Shown: positions 1 through 8,623, counted from the first letter of the stretch. The stretch: DNA of 24,615 nt from a virus (IMGVR_UViG_3300033067_000529:1-24615); one strand, 5' to 3'. Notes: a model not told the origin generated them from the sequence alone. Made by a program: numbers and translations.

Positions 1-1935
1 AAAGGTTACCATGTATGGCTAAAATACCCAAAGGACTTACACAAGTTATCACTGGCAGACAATGATAAGGGTGCTGAGGTTATCGCGTTATACGCCGGTG
101 GGCCATTGGTATACACATACCCTACCCCCGGATATACTATTGTCAGCGGGGGTATGCAAGATATCGAAGAGCTTACTGACGATGAGTTCAATATGGTAAT
201 ACAGACTTCGCAGTATTTCAATGAATACAAACCTACCTATGATCCGAATTTAAAGGCAGTATCTTATCCTGAAGGTATGGAGAAATTTTGCTCAGATTTC
301 GATACCAAAATAAGTGAAGATACCTGGATTCAGATATTACAGGATATAAGTCTGATACCACTCCCAAATTACAGGTATAATTCAAAAGACAAGTTCGTAG
401 CATTTAAAAGATCGGGTAGCGAATCGAACGCGATAAGCGCAAAGGTATACTTCCATACAAAGCGGGTTCTTATATTCTCAGCATCACTACACAACTTCCC
501 AAATTGGCACAATAAACATGAATACCCGGTATGGTCATTGCCTCCGTCATTCATACTTTTCTATAAAAATAACAGGGATTGGGCCGCTGCATTTGAAGAG
601 ATGCAAATGATAGCAGATAGCGAGGGCATTGACTGCACTCAGGTTCAGACCTACAAAGGGGAGTTCCCGATACATGTGTTTCCGGCTGCCATACGCCGGT
701 CAATACTTGAAGTAGCTGCAGCCCGGTCCCTGGCGCCTGAGTTCCTGGCGTTGTCAGCTCTGTGGACAGTCAGTTCATTGGCCGGTACCCACTATACAAG
801 TGAGTTCAATGGTGACAGTAAAAACATTATTTTCTGTCTGCTTATAGCCCCGGTATCTGTCGGTAAGACCCCGGCGTTTAAATCCATGTGCGAAACCCCT
901 TTGAAACAAATACAGGAACAAGCTGATAAAAACTTCTCCTCAGCAATAAAAGAATACGAAGCCAAGAAAGAAGATCACCCAAACGAGAAGAAACCCAGGA
1001 GATTTATTCCATTTGCTGTAGATGGAACTACTGAGGGTTATGTAGCTTTATCGGTAGATCAACCAAATGGTATCGGGGTATACCATGATGAAGCTGAAAC
1101 AATATTTAACGCCGGGTCATTCAAAGGTACAAACGATGCCATCAGTTTCTTCACCCAATGTTTTAGCGGTGGCAGGTTCACACAGATACGGGCAGACCGG
1201 GATAAGGAGCGTATTGTACCAAACCTGAATATTAACCTAATGATGGGTACGCAGCCTTCCAGGATTGGTAACATATTCACTTCTGATAGGTTAAGCAGCG
1301 GGTTCGCATCACGGTTCATAATGGTAGAATCTGACTATATTGAACTAAATACCGAAATTGACCCATTTGCAAAGAATAAAGAAATGTGCCAGCAATGGGT
1401 AGACCTACTCCAAACTCTTTATAATTCCGGTAAACTATACAACGAAGGAAATACCCCACAGATTGTAATCAGGCTCACAGATGAAGCCAAAGATATCTAC
1501 CGGGCATACTACAAGCAGAACCTTGTAGATGCTAATAAACGAATCCTGAGCCGTTCTGAGCAGTACATTATCGGTACTGAGGCTAAAATGTCTACTTACT
1601 TCCCGCGTTTAGTGCAGATATTATCTATCCTGAATGATCCGCATACCCCTCAGGTCACCCGAAAAATAGTGGAAGATGCCCATACCCTATATAAATACTT
1701 TGCCAAGTCAACCATAAATATCATCAGTAAACTGTCTGCAGAAATTGATACCGGGTTACCGGCTTCCCTGGAATTACTTTACCAGGCACTGCCTGAAACT
1801 TTTGGTAGAAAAGATGCTATTGAGGTATGTAAAAGGCTGAATTTATCGGAAACAAAGTTTGATATGAGTATGAGAAGAAAGGATTTTAAGGCTCTTTTCC
1901 GAAAGGTTGAGTATGGTGTCTATCAAAAATTGTAG
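1..1935 (+). CDS. Prim-Pol (AEP) primase fused to DUF3987-type P-loop helicase, 5'-truncated
   Basis: Frame 1 is open from base 1 (KGYHVWLKYPKD...), so the track start at 106 is not the real start. GxH(V)W matches the Prim-Pol His motif. Walker A-like APVSVGKT, Walker B VYHDE and FPIHVFP..IRRSI match DUF3987/YfjI-like domains. Confidence 0.8.
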   Translation, partial: KGYHVWLKYPKDLHKLSLADNDKGAEVIALYAGGPLVYTYPTPGYTIVSGGMQDIEELTDDEFNMVIQTSQYFNEYKPTYDPNLKAVSYPEGMEKFCSDFDTKISEDTWIQILQDISLIPLPNYRYNSKDKFVAFKRSGSESNAISAKVYFHTKRVLIFSASLHNFPNWHNKHEYPVWSLPPSFILFYKNNRDWAAAFEEMQMIADSEGIDCTQVQTYKGEFPIHVFPAAIRRSILEVAAARSLAPEFLALSALWTVSSLAGTHYTSEFNGDSKNIIFCLLIAPVSVGKTPAFKSMCETPLKQIQEQADKNFSSAIKEYEAKKEDHPNEKKPRRFIPFAVDGTTEGYVALSVDQPNGIGVYHDEAETIFNAGSFKGTNDAISFFTQCFSGGRFTQIRADRDKERIVPNLNINLMMGTQPSRIGNIFTSDRLSSGFASRFIMVESDYIELNTEIDPFAKNKEMCQQWVDLLQTLYNSGKLYNEGNTPQIVIRLTDEAKDIYRAYYKQNLVDANKRILSRSEQYIIGTEAKMSTYFPRLVQILSILNDPHTPQVTRKIVEDAHTLYKYFAKSTINIISKLSAEIDTGLPASLELLYQALPETFGRKDAIEVCKRLNLSETKFDMSMRRKDFKALFRKVEYGVYQKL

Positions 1936-1956
1936 TTATTTTACTACGTTACTTAC

Positions 1957-1977
1957 CCGGCTCAGGCCGGTTTTTTT
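1957..1977 (+). terminator. Rho-independent terminator
   Basis: CCGGC-TCAG-GCCGG hairpin followed by T7, about 20 nt after the primase stop. Confidence 0.8.
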
Positions 1978-1983
1978 ATGCCC

Positions 1984-2225
1984 AAAAACTGGAAGTTTAG
2001 CAAAGATTAGCGGTAGTTTAGCAGCGTAGAATGGCCACCAGTAAGGAGTTTAGCAACTTTTGCATAATCTCCTATAACTATAAAGTATATATTTTATAGG
2101 GAAATAAGTATAAGGGGGGAGGGGTAGATATTACCGGTGCTAAAGTTGCTAAAGTTGCTAAAGTCCACGCCAGTATTGGGTTACAGCGTTTCATAGAGTG
2201 CTAAACTTTGCTAAACTCCATTTTT
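1984..2225. repeat. Iteron array, putative replication origin
   Basis: AGTTTAGCA at 1994, 2015 and 2047, with variants at 2004 and 2056. Inverted copies TGCTAAAGT x3 in tandem at 2138-2164 and TGCTAAACT at 2199 and 2209. These flank an AT-rich core at ~2065-2112. Confidence 0.7.
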
Positions 2226-2228
2226 GCA

Positions 2229-2258
2229 TTGTTTTTTCAAAAAATACCCGTAATTTTA
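2229..2258 (+). promoter_or_regulatory. Putative Bacteroidota-type promoter for terS
   Basis: TTG at 2229 and TAATTTTA at 2251-2258 (variant of the TAnnTTTG -7 box), 4 nt before the ATG. Confidence 0.45.
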
Positions 2259-2262
2259 ACAC

Positions 2263-2688
2263 ATGGCAGCAGGTAGACCAAGAATATACAATAACGTAGA
2301 TGAACTGGCAGAGATGGTAGAAAGTTATTTTATGCAGCCAGTGATGATTGATGTACAAAGTAAGGCGGGCATAGATCATATTCCCTCAGGCGAGTTTAAA
2401 CCTATCGCTAAACCAACCGTTACAGGCTTGGCTTTACACCTGGGCTTTGCAGATAAAACAACGCTTTATGAGTACAGGGATAGACCAGAATTATCCTACC
2501 CGATTAAAAAAGCACTCACATTAATCGAGAAATATCACGAGGAAGCGTTGGGTGATAACAATGTGGCGGGTCGCATCTTCGCCCTCAAAAACATGGGTTG
2601 GAAGGATAAGGTCGAAACTGGTTTCACAGATTCCACAGGTAAAGATATTCCGCCTGTTCAGATTTATTTACCGGGCAAAGAATTATGA
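2263..2688 (+). CDS. terS: Terminase small subunit (DNA-packaging gp3-like)
   Basis: N-terminal GRPRIY..VDEL, PTVTGLALHLGF..K.TLYEY and IFALKNMGWKDK are typical of gp3-like TerS. It lies upstream of TerL. Confidence 0.85.
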   Translation: MAAGRPRIYNNVDELAEMVESYFMQPVMIDVQSKAGIDHIPSGEFKPIAKPTVTGLALHLGFADKTTLYEYRDRPELSYPIKKALTLIEKYHEEALGDNNVAGRIFALKNMGWKDKVETGFTDSTGKDIPPVQIYLPGKEL

Positions 2689-2879
2689 AAAAACTTTTAA
2701 TCATACTATTGGTATTCGCACTTTCATCATGCCGCAAAGAACACACCGGATGTTACGTTTGTTCATTTGGTACGATCAATGGTGTAACTCCACCACCTGC
2801 TGAATGGTGTGGTGATCCTGGACACCAGTTTAAAGATGCCCAGGGAAATGATATGCAAAGTTTTTGCGTTCCAAAATAA
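2685..2879 (+). CDS. Small Cys-rich lipoprotein
   Basis: MKK plus a hydrophobic stretch and lipobox LSSC, with four more Cys. ATGA overlap with terS. Confidence 0.75.
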   Translation: MKKLLIILLVFALSSCRKEHTGCYVCSFGTINGVTPPPAEWCGDPGHQFKDAQGNDMQSFCVPK

Positions 2880-2893
2880 GATACTTATATTCG
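2863..2893 (+). promoter_or_regulatory. Bacteroidota-type promoter for the glyco-cassette
   Basis: TTTG (2863-2866), a 19-nt spacer, then TATATTCG (2886-2893), one mismatch to TAnnTTTG. Confidence 0.6.
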
Positions 2894-2897
2894 CTTA

Positions 2898-2958
2898 ACG
2901 GTTCGGGAGCCGTGAAAGAAGTTAACCGCCGATGTTCTCCCGAGCTGAGGCGGTTTTT
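2898..2958 (+). ncRNA. Structured 5' leader: two hairpins with complementary loops, the second ending in a U-tract
   Basis: Hairpin ACGG/CCGT has loop TTCGGGAG. Hairpin AACCGCC/GGCGGTT carries CTCCCGA in its loop and ends in a T5 run. Confidence 0.55.
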
Positions 2959-2963
2959 AAATT

Positions 2964-3503
2964 ATGATACACTGCATAACCCCATACAGAGAAGATAAGC
3001 GTTTAGGCGTAGCGTATAACAATGCTATGGCACAAATACCAGAAGGCGATTGGGCCTGTATAACAGATTGGGATGTGCTATTCCTATTACCTGAAACTAT
3101 TGCGCACCTGAACGAATATGTGCGCAGGTATCCTGATACAGGATTATTTACCTGTTACGCATCACGAACTCACCATATCAATACCGGCCTGCAAATGTTT
3201 GAAACAGGTATTGATTCTAATCGGGATATACTTCACCATATCGAGATCGCAAAGAAGCAGACCGAAAAGCTTTACCAGGTAACCGAGATTAACCGCTTCA
3301 TTTCAGGGTTCCTTATGATGGTGAGTAAAGAAACATGGAATACGCATAAATTTGCGGAGGACTTGAAGTGCCTTAACGTGGATAATGTTTATTCAAACAA
3401 GATGCTGCAGGCGGGGTTGCCTATTCGTAGAATGGATGGAATTTATGTTTGGCATTCTTATAGGATTGATAAGGACATAAAAGACACAACACATTTGGTA
3501 TGA
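2964..3503 (+). CDS. GT-A fold (GT2-like) glycosyltransferase
   Basis: LGVAYNNAM, DWACITDWD (DxD motif), ISGFLMMVSKETW, VDN and YVWH fit GT-A motifs. Confidence 0.7.
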   Translation: MIHCITPYREDKRLGVAYNNAMAQIPEGDWACITDWDVLFLLPETIAHLNEYVRRYPDTGLFTCYASRTHHINTGLQMFETGIDSNRDILHHIEIAKKQTEKLYQVTEINRFISGFLMMVSKETWNTHKFAEDLKCLNVDNVYSNKMLQAGLPIRRMDGIYVWHSYRIDKDIKDTTHLV

Positions 3504-3577
3504 CAGGATATTTTTTACTTACAGCTTTTTGGTCATTTACTATTTACGTTTTAAACCACCCTAATGATCTTCCGTGA
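3500..3577 (+). CDS. Possible 25-aa hydrophobic mini-protein (MTGYFLLTAFWSFTIYVLNHPNDLP)
   Basis: ATGA-coupled to the upstream stop and fills the gap to the next gene. It is very short. Confidence 0.3.
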   Translation: MTGYFLLTAFWSFTIYVLNHPNDLP

Positions 3578-4061
3578 TGACGATATATCAGTCCACACCG
3601 ACCTTGCTGTATTAAAGCCGGTGCATGACATATTCAAGAAGCACCTTGTAATGCACACCGTTGCTGTTATAGCAAAGGATATTGACATGAATACCGATCT
3701 CGTAATGTACTTAAAGAAAGAAAACTTTGATGTTCAGCTACATTGTTTTGAGCATTACAATTTCGCAGAGGTTGATATAAATAAACTTGATACTGACCTG
3801 CTGCGATCATTGAATATGTTTGCCCGTTGTGGTATTGACCGGCCCACCGTATTATACCCACCCTGGAATATCACCAGCCATGCAGTTAATGTGATGGCGT
3901 GGGATAAGCATAAGCTCACTGTGAGTAATAAAAAATGCTCCCTCTCTCAATACGTCAAAGCGAATGGGAACGTAGATGTTGATGTGGTTAATTTTCATTA
4001 TTGGGATAAGGAGTGCGAGGATTTGGATGAGGCATTAACTATATACAACCGGCTGAGATGA
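3564..4061 (+). CDS. Polysaccharide deacetylase-like (CE4/NodB fold) protein
   Basis: FRDDD (motif 1), QLHCFEH (HxxxH) and LYPPWN (motif 3). Confidence 0.75.
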   Translation: MIFRDDDISVHTDLAVLKPVHDIFKKHLVMHTVAVIAKDIDMNTDLVMYLKKENFDVQLHCFEHYNFAEVDINKLDTDLLRSLNMFARCGIDRPTVLYPPWNITSHAVNVMAWDKHKLTVSNKKCSLSQYVKANGNVDVDVVNFHYWDKECEDLDEALTIYNRLR

Positions 4062-4231
4062 GCTTAAACATCGACCACCATACCCGCCGACTGGTAATTA
4101 AAGCACTCAATAAACATCCGTTAAATATCTCTGCTGCTGCAAGATTATTGGGTATATCTTCACATACACTGAATGCAAAGATTAAAGAGTACAAACTTGA
4201 ATTAAAGCATACATGGATACTCAAAGAGTAG
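4058..4231 (+). CDS. Fis-family (HTH_8) helix-turn-helix protein, 57 aa, absent from the ORF track
   Basis: Translation MSLNIDHHTRRLVIKALNKHPLNISAAARLLGISSHTLNAKIKEYKLELKHTWILKE. The pattern AL...NISAAARLLGIS..TL..KIK is the Fis/NtrC C-terminal HTH signature. It is ATGA-coupled to the upstream gene. Confidence 0.8.
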   Translation: MSLNIDHHTRRLVIKALNKHPLNISAAARLLGISSHTLNAKIKEYKLELKHTWILKE

Positions 4232-4857
4232 TTTACACCGCCCTGTTTGGTGATTACGAGGAACTAAAAACACCCACAGTTATCACTGCCGGATGGCGGT
4301 ATATTTGCTACACCGATCAACCCCTTGCATCCGATGTATGGGAGATAATTCACACTCCTGTACCAGAAGGTATAGATCCGCAACGATACGCCAGGTGGTT
4401 TAAGATAATGCACTGGGTAGATTGGGAGTGTTCAATATGGGTGGATGCGTCATTCAGGATTGACACCGATTTAAATGAATGGTGGGTCAAGCGCGCTTTA
4501 TCATCATTCAACGCAGCTAAACACCCACTACGCAGTGATTTTTTTGAGGAGTGCATGGATTGTATTGTTTCAAAGCGTGGTGATAGAGTTGAAGTAGATG
4601 CGCAAATGAATGAGTACCTTGCAGCGGGTGTACCGAGATATAACGGGGTTATACAGTCCGGAATATTACTCAGGGTAAATACTCCCGAATGTATCGCTTT
4701 ATGCGAGGCTTGGTGGGCAGAGATGCAAGGGAGAAGTGCCAGGGATCAGATTGCGTTTTGTAAGGTAAGTGCGGGTATTAAGTTCATATATACTTACCTT
4801 TGGGATTACCGCATAGCGAAAGAATTTGTATATTTTAAACATAAACATTTGAGATGA
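4213..4857 (+). CDS. DUF616 (TOD1/MUCI70-like) glycosyltransferase
   Basis: VVYTALFGDYEEL, YICYTD, SIWVDAS, KHPLRS..EE and RDQIAF match DUF616 motifs. Confidence 0.8.
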   Translation: MDTQRVVYTALFGDYEELKTPTVITAGWRYICYTDQPLASDVWEIIHTPVPEGIDPQRYARWFKIMHWVDWECSIWVDASFRIDTDLNEWWVKRALSSFNAAKHPLRSDFFEECMDCIVSKRGDRVEVDAQMNEYLAAGVPRYNGVIQSGILLRVNTPECIALCEAWWAEMQGRSARDQIAFCKVSAGIKFIYTYLWDYRIAKEFVYFKHKHLR

Positions 4858-5423
4858 CCACCCACCACACACAACTTCTTAACGCTTTAATCGAAAAGTA
4901 TAATCTGAAGTCCTACCTTGAGATTGGTGTGCAGAATCCGGCTAATAATTTATACAAAATAAAATGCCTTACTAAGATAGGAGTTGATCCGGAAGTATCA
5001 GCATCGTTGGTTATTAAAATGACAAGCGATGATTTTTTTAAAGATAATAAACACACCTTTGACATAATCTTCATCGACGGCCTCCACCACGCCGACCAGG
5101 TCAAACGTGATTTTGAAAACTCCCTGCGCTGCCTGAGTGATACCGGGTTTATTGTTATACATGATGTGTTGCCGGAGAATGAAGCCGGTACTATTGTTCC
5201 CCGTGAAACAAAAGTATGGTGGGGTGATGTGTATAAGTGGGCGATGAATATTAACAAGTACTCAGGGATATTTGTAACGACATTTAATATTGACAACGGT
5301 TGCATGGTTGTCCGGAAGTCAAATAAAACAGGCTCTAATTTTGAACATGAAAATTATACCTGGCAAGATTACCTAACTCATGGCCGGAAATTAATGAACG
5401 TACAAAATGAAGTCTCCATCTAA
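4854..5423 (+). CDS. Class I SAM-dependent methyltransferase (Methyltransf_24-like)
   Basis: SYLEIGV, GVDP, TSDDFF, FDIIFIDGLH and G.IVIHD. Confidence 0.85.
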   Translation: MTTHHTQLLNALIEKYNLKSYLEIGVQNPANNLYKIKCLTKIGVDPEVSASLVIKMTSDDFFKDNKHTFDIIFIDGLHHADQVKRDFENSLRCLSDTGFIVIHDVLPENEAGTIVPRETKVWWGDVYKWAMNINKYSGIFVTTFNIDNGCMVVRKSNKTGSNFEHENYTWQDYLTHGRKLMNVQNEVSI

Positions 5424-6912
5424 GCGCATACAACCGCAGCCAGGGTACCAGGAAATGGCGCTACGATCAAAGGCTGACATTGTCATAGGCGGGGGCGCTG
5501 CAGGAGTAGGTAAAACATTTACACTTTTATTAGATCCTCTTTACGATATTGATAACCCAAAATTCGGAGGCGTTATATTCAGGCGCACATCCCCTCAGAT
5601 AAGATCACAAGGGGGGTTATGGGACACATCGTTTGAGCTATACCCTTTCTGTAAAGCCACATCAAAAGAAACCACGCTTGAGTGGTTATTCCCGTCAGGC
5701 GCCACAATGAAGTTTAGCCACCTTGAATACGAAAAAAATATCTACGATTGGCAGGGTGCGCAGATTCCTTTTATCGGGTTTGATGAGCTACCGCACTTCA
5801 GCGAAAAAATGTTTTTTTACTTACTTAGCCGTAACCGTTCAACCTGTGGAGTAAAGCCTCGGGTTCGTGCCACATGTAACCCTGATCCTGATTCCTGGGT
5901 CGCTGCACTTATTGAATGGTGGATAGACACTGAGACAGGATTACCCATACCGGAACGTAATGGTGTGCTGCAGTATTTTATAAAGTACGGTGATGCCTAT
6001 ATATGGGGCGATAGTTACGAAGATGTGCAGGATAAAGCAAAGCATATACTTGATCCGCTATTGGAAAAATCAGGCCTACAGGCGAGTGATTTTATAAAGT
6101 CGATAACATTCATATCGGGTAGTATATACGATAATAAAATACTAACCACATCAAACCCCGAATACCTGGGTAACCTACTGAGCCAGGATGAACAAACCAG
6201 GGTGCAGCTACTTGACGGAAACTGGAAGATGCAAATTTCTGACAATGATGTTTATAATTATTATAGTTTTGCAGGGGTGTTCGATAATGTTCGTGAAGTA
6301 GATACAACCGGTTCTTACATCACTGCAGATATAGCTATGAAGGGTAGTAATAAATTTGTTGTTTGCTTATGGCGTGGGTTCGAGCTTGTAGATATTGAAG
6401 TAATGAGTAAGAGCGACGGAAAACAGGTGATAGACCTGATCAGCGAAGTTGCTAAGTTTTGGAATGTGGAAAATCGCTATATTTGTTATGACAGCGACGG
6501 CGTTGGAAATTATATTGATGGTTTTATAAGGGGGGCTGTGCCATTTAGCGGGGGTTTACCGGCTCAAGAGGTTAAAGATAAGGCGAGTGGTGTTATTCAG
6601 AAAGAAAATTATTTCAACCTGAAAACACAGTGCTACTACAAATCGGGGGCCAGGGTTGAAAGAGGCGAGGTAAAGATAAGCGCTCATGTAGCTAATAAGA
6701 TGTACGATGAAAAAATGACGGTCAGGCAGCGGTTTATACATGAACGCAGAGCGATTAAAAGAGATAAGGTTGATATGGATGGCAAATTAAAAATTATACC
6801 AAAGGAGCAAATGAAGGTTTTGCTTGGCGGGGATAGCCCGGATCTTATGGATGCTTTTATGATGCGTGAATACTTTGAATTAAAACCTAAAAAACAATGG
6901 GCTTCAGCTTAA
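5407..6912 (+). CDS. terL: Terminase large subunit
   Basis: Walker A GGAAGVGKT, Walker B IGFDEL, coupling motif ATCNP, and nuclease residues ADIA and SPDLMDA. Confidence 0.95.
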   Translation: MKSPSKRIQPQPGYQEMALRSKADIVIGGGAAGVGKTFTLLLDPLYDIDNPKFGGVIFRRTSPQIRSQGGLWDTSFELYPFCKATSKETTLEWLFPSGATMKFSHLEYEKNIYDWQGAQIPFIGFDELPHFSEKMFFYLLSRNRSTCGVKPRVRATCNPDPDSWVAALIEWWIDTETGLPIPERNGVLQYFIKYGDAYIWGDSYEDVQDKAKHILDPLLEKSGLQASDFIKSITFISGSIYDNKILTTSNPEYLGNLLSQDEQTRVQLLDGNWKMQISDNDVYNYYSFAGVFDNVREVDTTGSYITADIAMKGSNKFVVCLWRGFELVDIEVMSKSDGKQVIDLISEVAKFWNVENRYICYDSDGVGNYIDGFIRGAVPFSGGLPAQEVKDKASGVIQKENYFNLKTQCYYKSGARVERGEVKISAHVANKMYDEKMTVRQRFIHERRAIKRDKVDMDGKLKIIPKEQMKVLLGGDSPDLMDAFMMREYFELKPKKQWASA

Positions 6913-8330
6913 AAAAGGCATGGAATAACGGTATTGTTGTTCCGTTTAAAAAGGCTTTTAGCAGGGGCCTTGATGCAAAATCTCTGCCTGTTTTCACAGG
7001 GTTTGCCTGGGCGGGTGGTTTGCCGGTGTTTAACAATGGCGATGCTATCAGTAATATCAACGAAGGGTACTGCGGTAGCGAGGATGTTTATTCAATAGTA
7101 AAGCGTATATCCACTCACTCAGCTATGCTGATGGATACTTTTAAAGTGAATAAGATAGTTGATGAAGAGGCTTTTGAGAAATTTATGGCTTTTGAAAAGC
7201 TGAGAGACTACAGTGTTAAAGGAAGAGCAAAGTCTGCGTTTCTAAAATCAAAAGCGCTTGAAGAGGTGCAGGGGCCGAATGATCTGCAGAGGCTGCTCGA
7301 TAACCCAAACCCATCGTATATAAAATCAGAATATAACTCAGGTTTATCCATCATGCGCCTTATCACAGGCAACACTTACATTCATGCACCCTCGCTTGAG
7401 TTCGGTGTGAACAAGGGCCGACCCGCAGAATTATGGATCATGCCTTCTCAGTTTACATCGTTACAGGTAAGCGATACCTGGCCCCGCAGGATACTTGGAT
7501 ACAAGTTGATAATGGGGGTTATTCAGGATGTACCGGCTCAGGATGTTATACAGGTAAGATATTTCAACCCTCAATACACCTATGTAGGAAATGAACTTAT
7601 CGGGCTTTCCCCCCTACGGGCCGGTAGTAAAGTGCTTGATAAAAACGAATCTGAAACACAGTACAGCGTTAACGCATTTCAGAATGCCGGTATCAGCGGT
7701 ATTGTGTACAATGAATCTATAAGTGGCGATGAGGTAGCTCCTGATGTATTAGGTAAATTAAAATCTGATTTTTACAATGAGGGGTCTGGTACAGCCAACG
7801 CCAGGAAGTTGCTGTTTCAGGCCGGTAAGATAGGTTACCAGGCGGTAGGGCTCGGGCCAGTTGATATGGATGTATTAGCCTCAATGAAATTGACCTTTAA
7901 AAAACTTTGTAACTTATTTGGGGTAAGTGATCGCTTATTCAACAATGATGCTACAGGATCAGAGGTGAGTGATGATAATACCCGGAAGGATTTTTATATT
8001 AACGCTGTACTCCCTGAAGTATGTGCTTTCCGGGATGCGTATAACACCTACCTTGTCCCGAAATTCAATGATGATAAGAATAAATATTTTATCGATTTTG
8101 ATATTTCAAACATCATTGAACTACAGGATAACTTTAAGGACATGGCATCAATATATGGGCAGCTACCTTTCACTAATCTTGGCGTAGTTGCAAAGGCGTT
8201 CAATATCGATGTTGATCAGAGTGATCCGATATTAAAGCAATGGTTCATTAAGAATGGGTATACCACCATTGAAGATGCAATGGCTGGCCCTGTTGATCCT
8301 TTACCAATAGATACGCAAAATGGAAATTAA
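6897..8330 (+). CDS. Portal protein (HK97-family)
   Basis: Follows terL. LLDNPNP, LITGNTYI, ELWIMP, GLSPL and LCNLFGV..LF match portal motifs. Confidence 0.9.
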   Translation: MGFSLKKAWNNGIVVPFKKAFSRGLDAKSLPVFTGFAWAGGLPVFNNGDAISNINEGYCGSEDVYSIVKRISTHSAMLMDTFKVNKIVDEEAFEKFMAFEKLRDYSVKGRAKSAFLKSKALEEVQGPNDLQRLLDNPNPSYIKSEYNSGLSIMRLITGNTYIHAPSLEFGVNKGRPAELWIMPSQFTSLQVSDTWPRRILGYKLIMGVIQDVPAQDVIQVRYFNPQYTYVGNELIGLSPLRAGSKVLDKNESETQYSVNAFQNAGISGIVYNESISGDEVAPDVLGKLKSDFYNEGSGTANARKLLFQAGKIGYQAVGLGPVDMDVLASMKLTFKKLCNLFGVSDRLFNNDATGSEVSDDNTRKDFYINAVLPEVCAFRDAYNTYLVPKFNDDKNKYFIDFDISNIIELQDNFKDMASIYGQLPFTNLGVVAKAFNIDVDQSDPILKQWFIKNGYTTIEDAMAGPVDPLPIDTQNGN

Positions 8331-8415
8331 GAATATATACAGGTTGAGCGTTGTGGGTATAGTATTAGCAATCCTATCTGGCATAGTTGATTATTTAATT
8401 ATATTTTATGCTTGA
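8320..8415 (+). CDS. Possible 31-aa single-TM protein (MEIKNIYRLSVVGIVLAILSGIVDYLIIFYA)
   Basis: Overlaps the portal stop and the next start, filling the gap. It contains a hydrophobic helix. Confidence 0.4.
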   Translation: MEIKNIYRLSVVGIVLAILSGIVDYLIIFYA

Positions 8416-8623
8416 AATTAAGCAAATAGTTGAAGAGGCTATCCCGCTAACGCCAGACTGTGAGATAAAGCGCACCGCCGAGTTTGAGCGCCGGGCGCAG
8501 TTGCGTATTCGTATCGAAGAGTTGTTGCGTGATAAATCGAAGCCGTATCAACCACCTATGGAGTATAAGGGATCAGGTTTTTCTGAAATACAGCCATCCA
8601 ACGGAGATATAACAATCAAATGA
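8408..8623 (+). CDS. Hypothetical protein
   Basis: 71-aa ORF, ATGA-coupled to the minor head gene. Confidence 0.6.
   Translation: MLEIKQIVEEAIPLTPDCEIKRTAEFERRAQLRIRIEELLRDKSKPYQPPMEYKGSGFSEIQPSNGDITIK

Noticed and set aside
106-108. Track start of the primase gene
   Set aside because: The frame is open to base 1 and contains a Prim-Pol motif upstream, so the gene starts outside the window.
583-598. 16-bp direct repeat GCCGCTGCATTTGAAG, also at 15069-15084
   Set aside because: Both copies encode AAFE in frame and the length is borderline for chance. Its position next to the 58-bp repeat is curious but unsupported.
1994-2217. CRISPR array
   Set aside because: The repeats are 9 bp, in both orientations, without regular unique spacers or cas genes.
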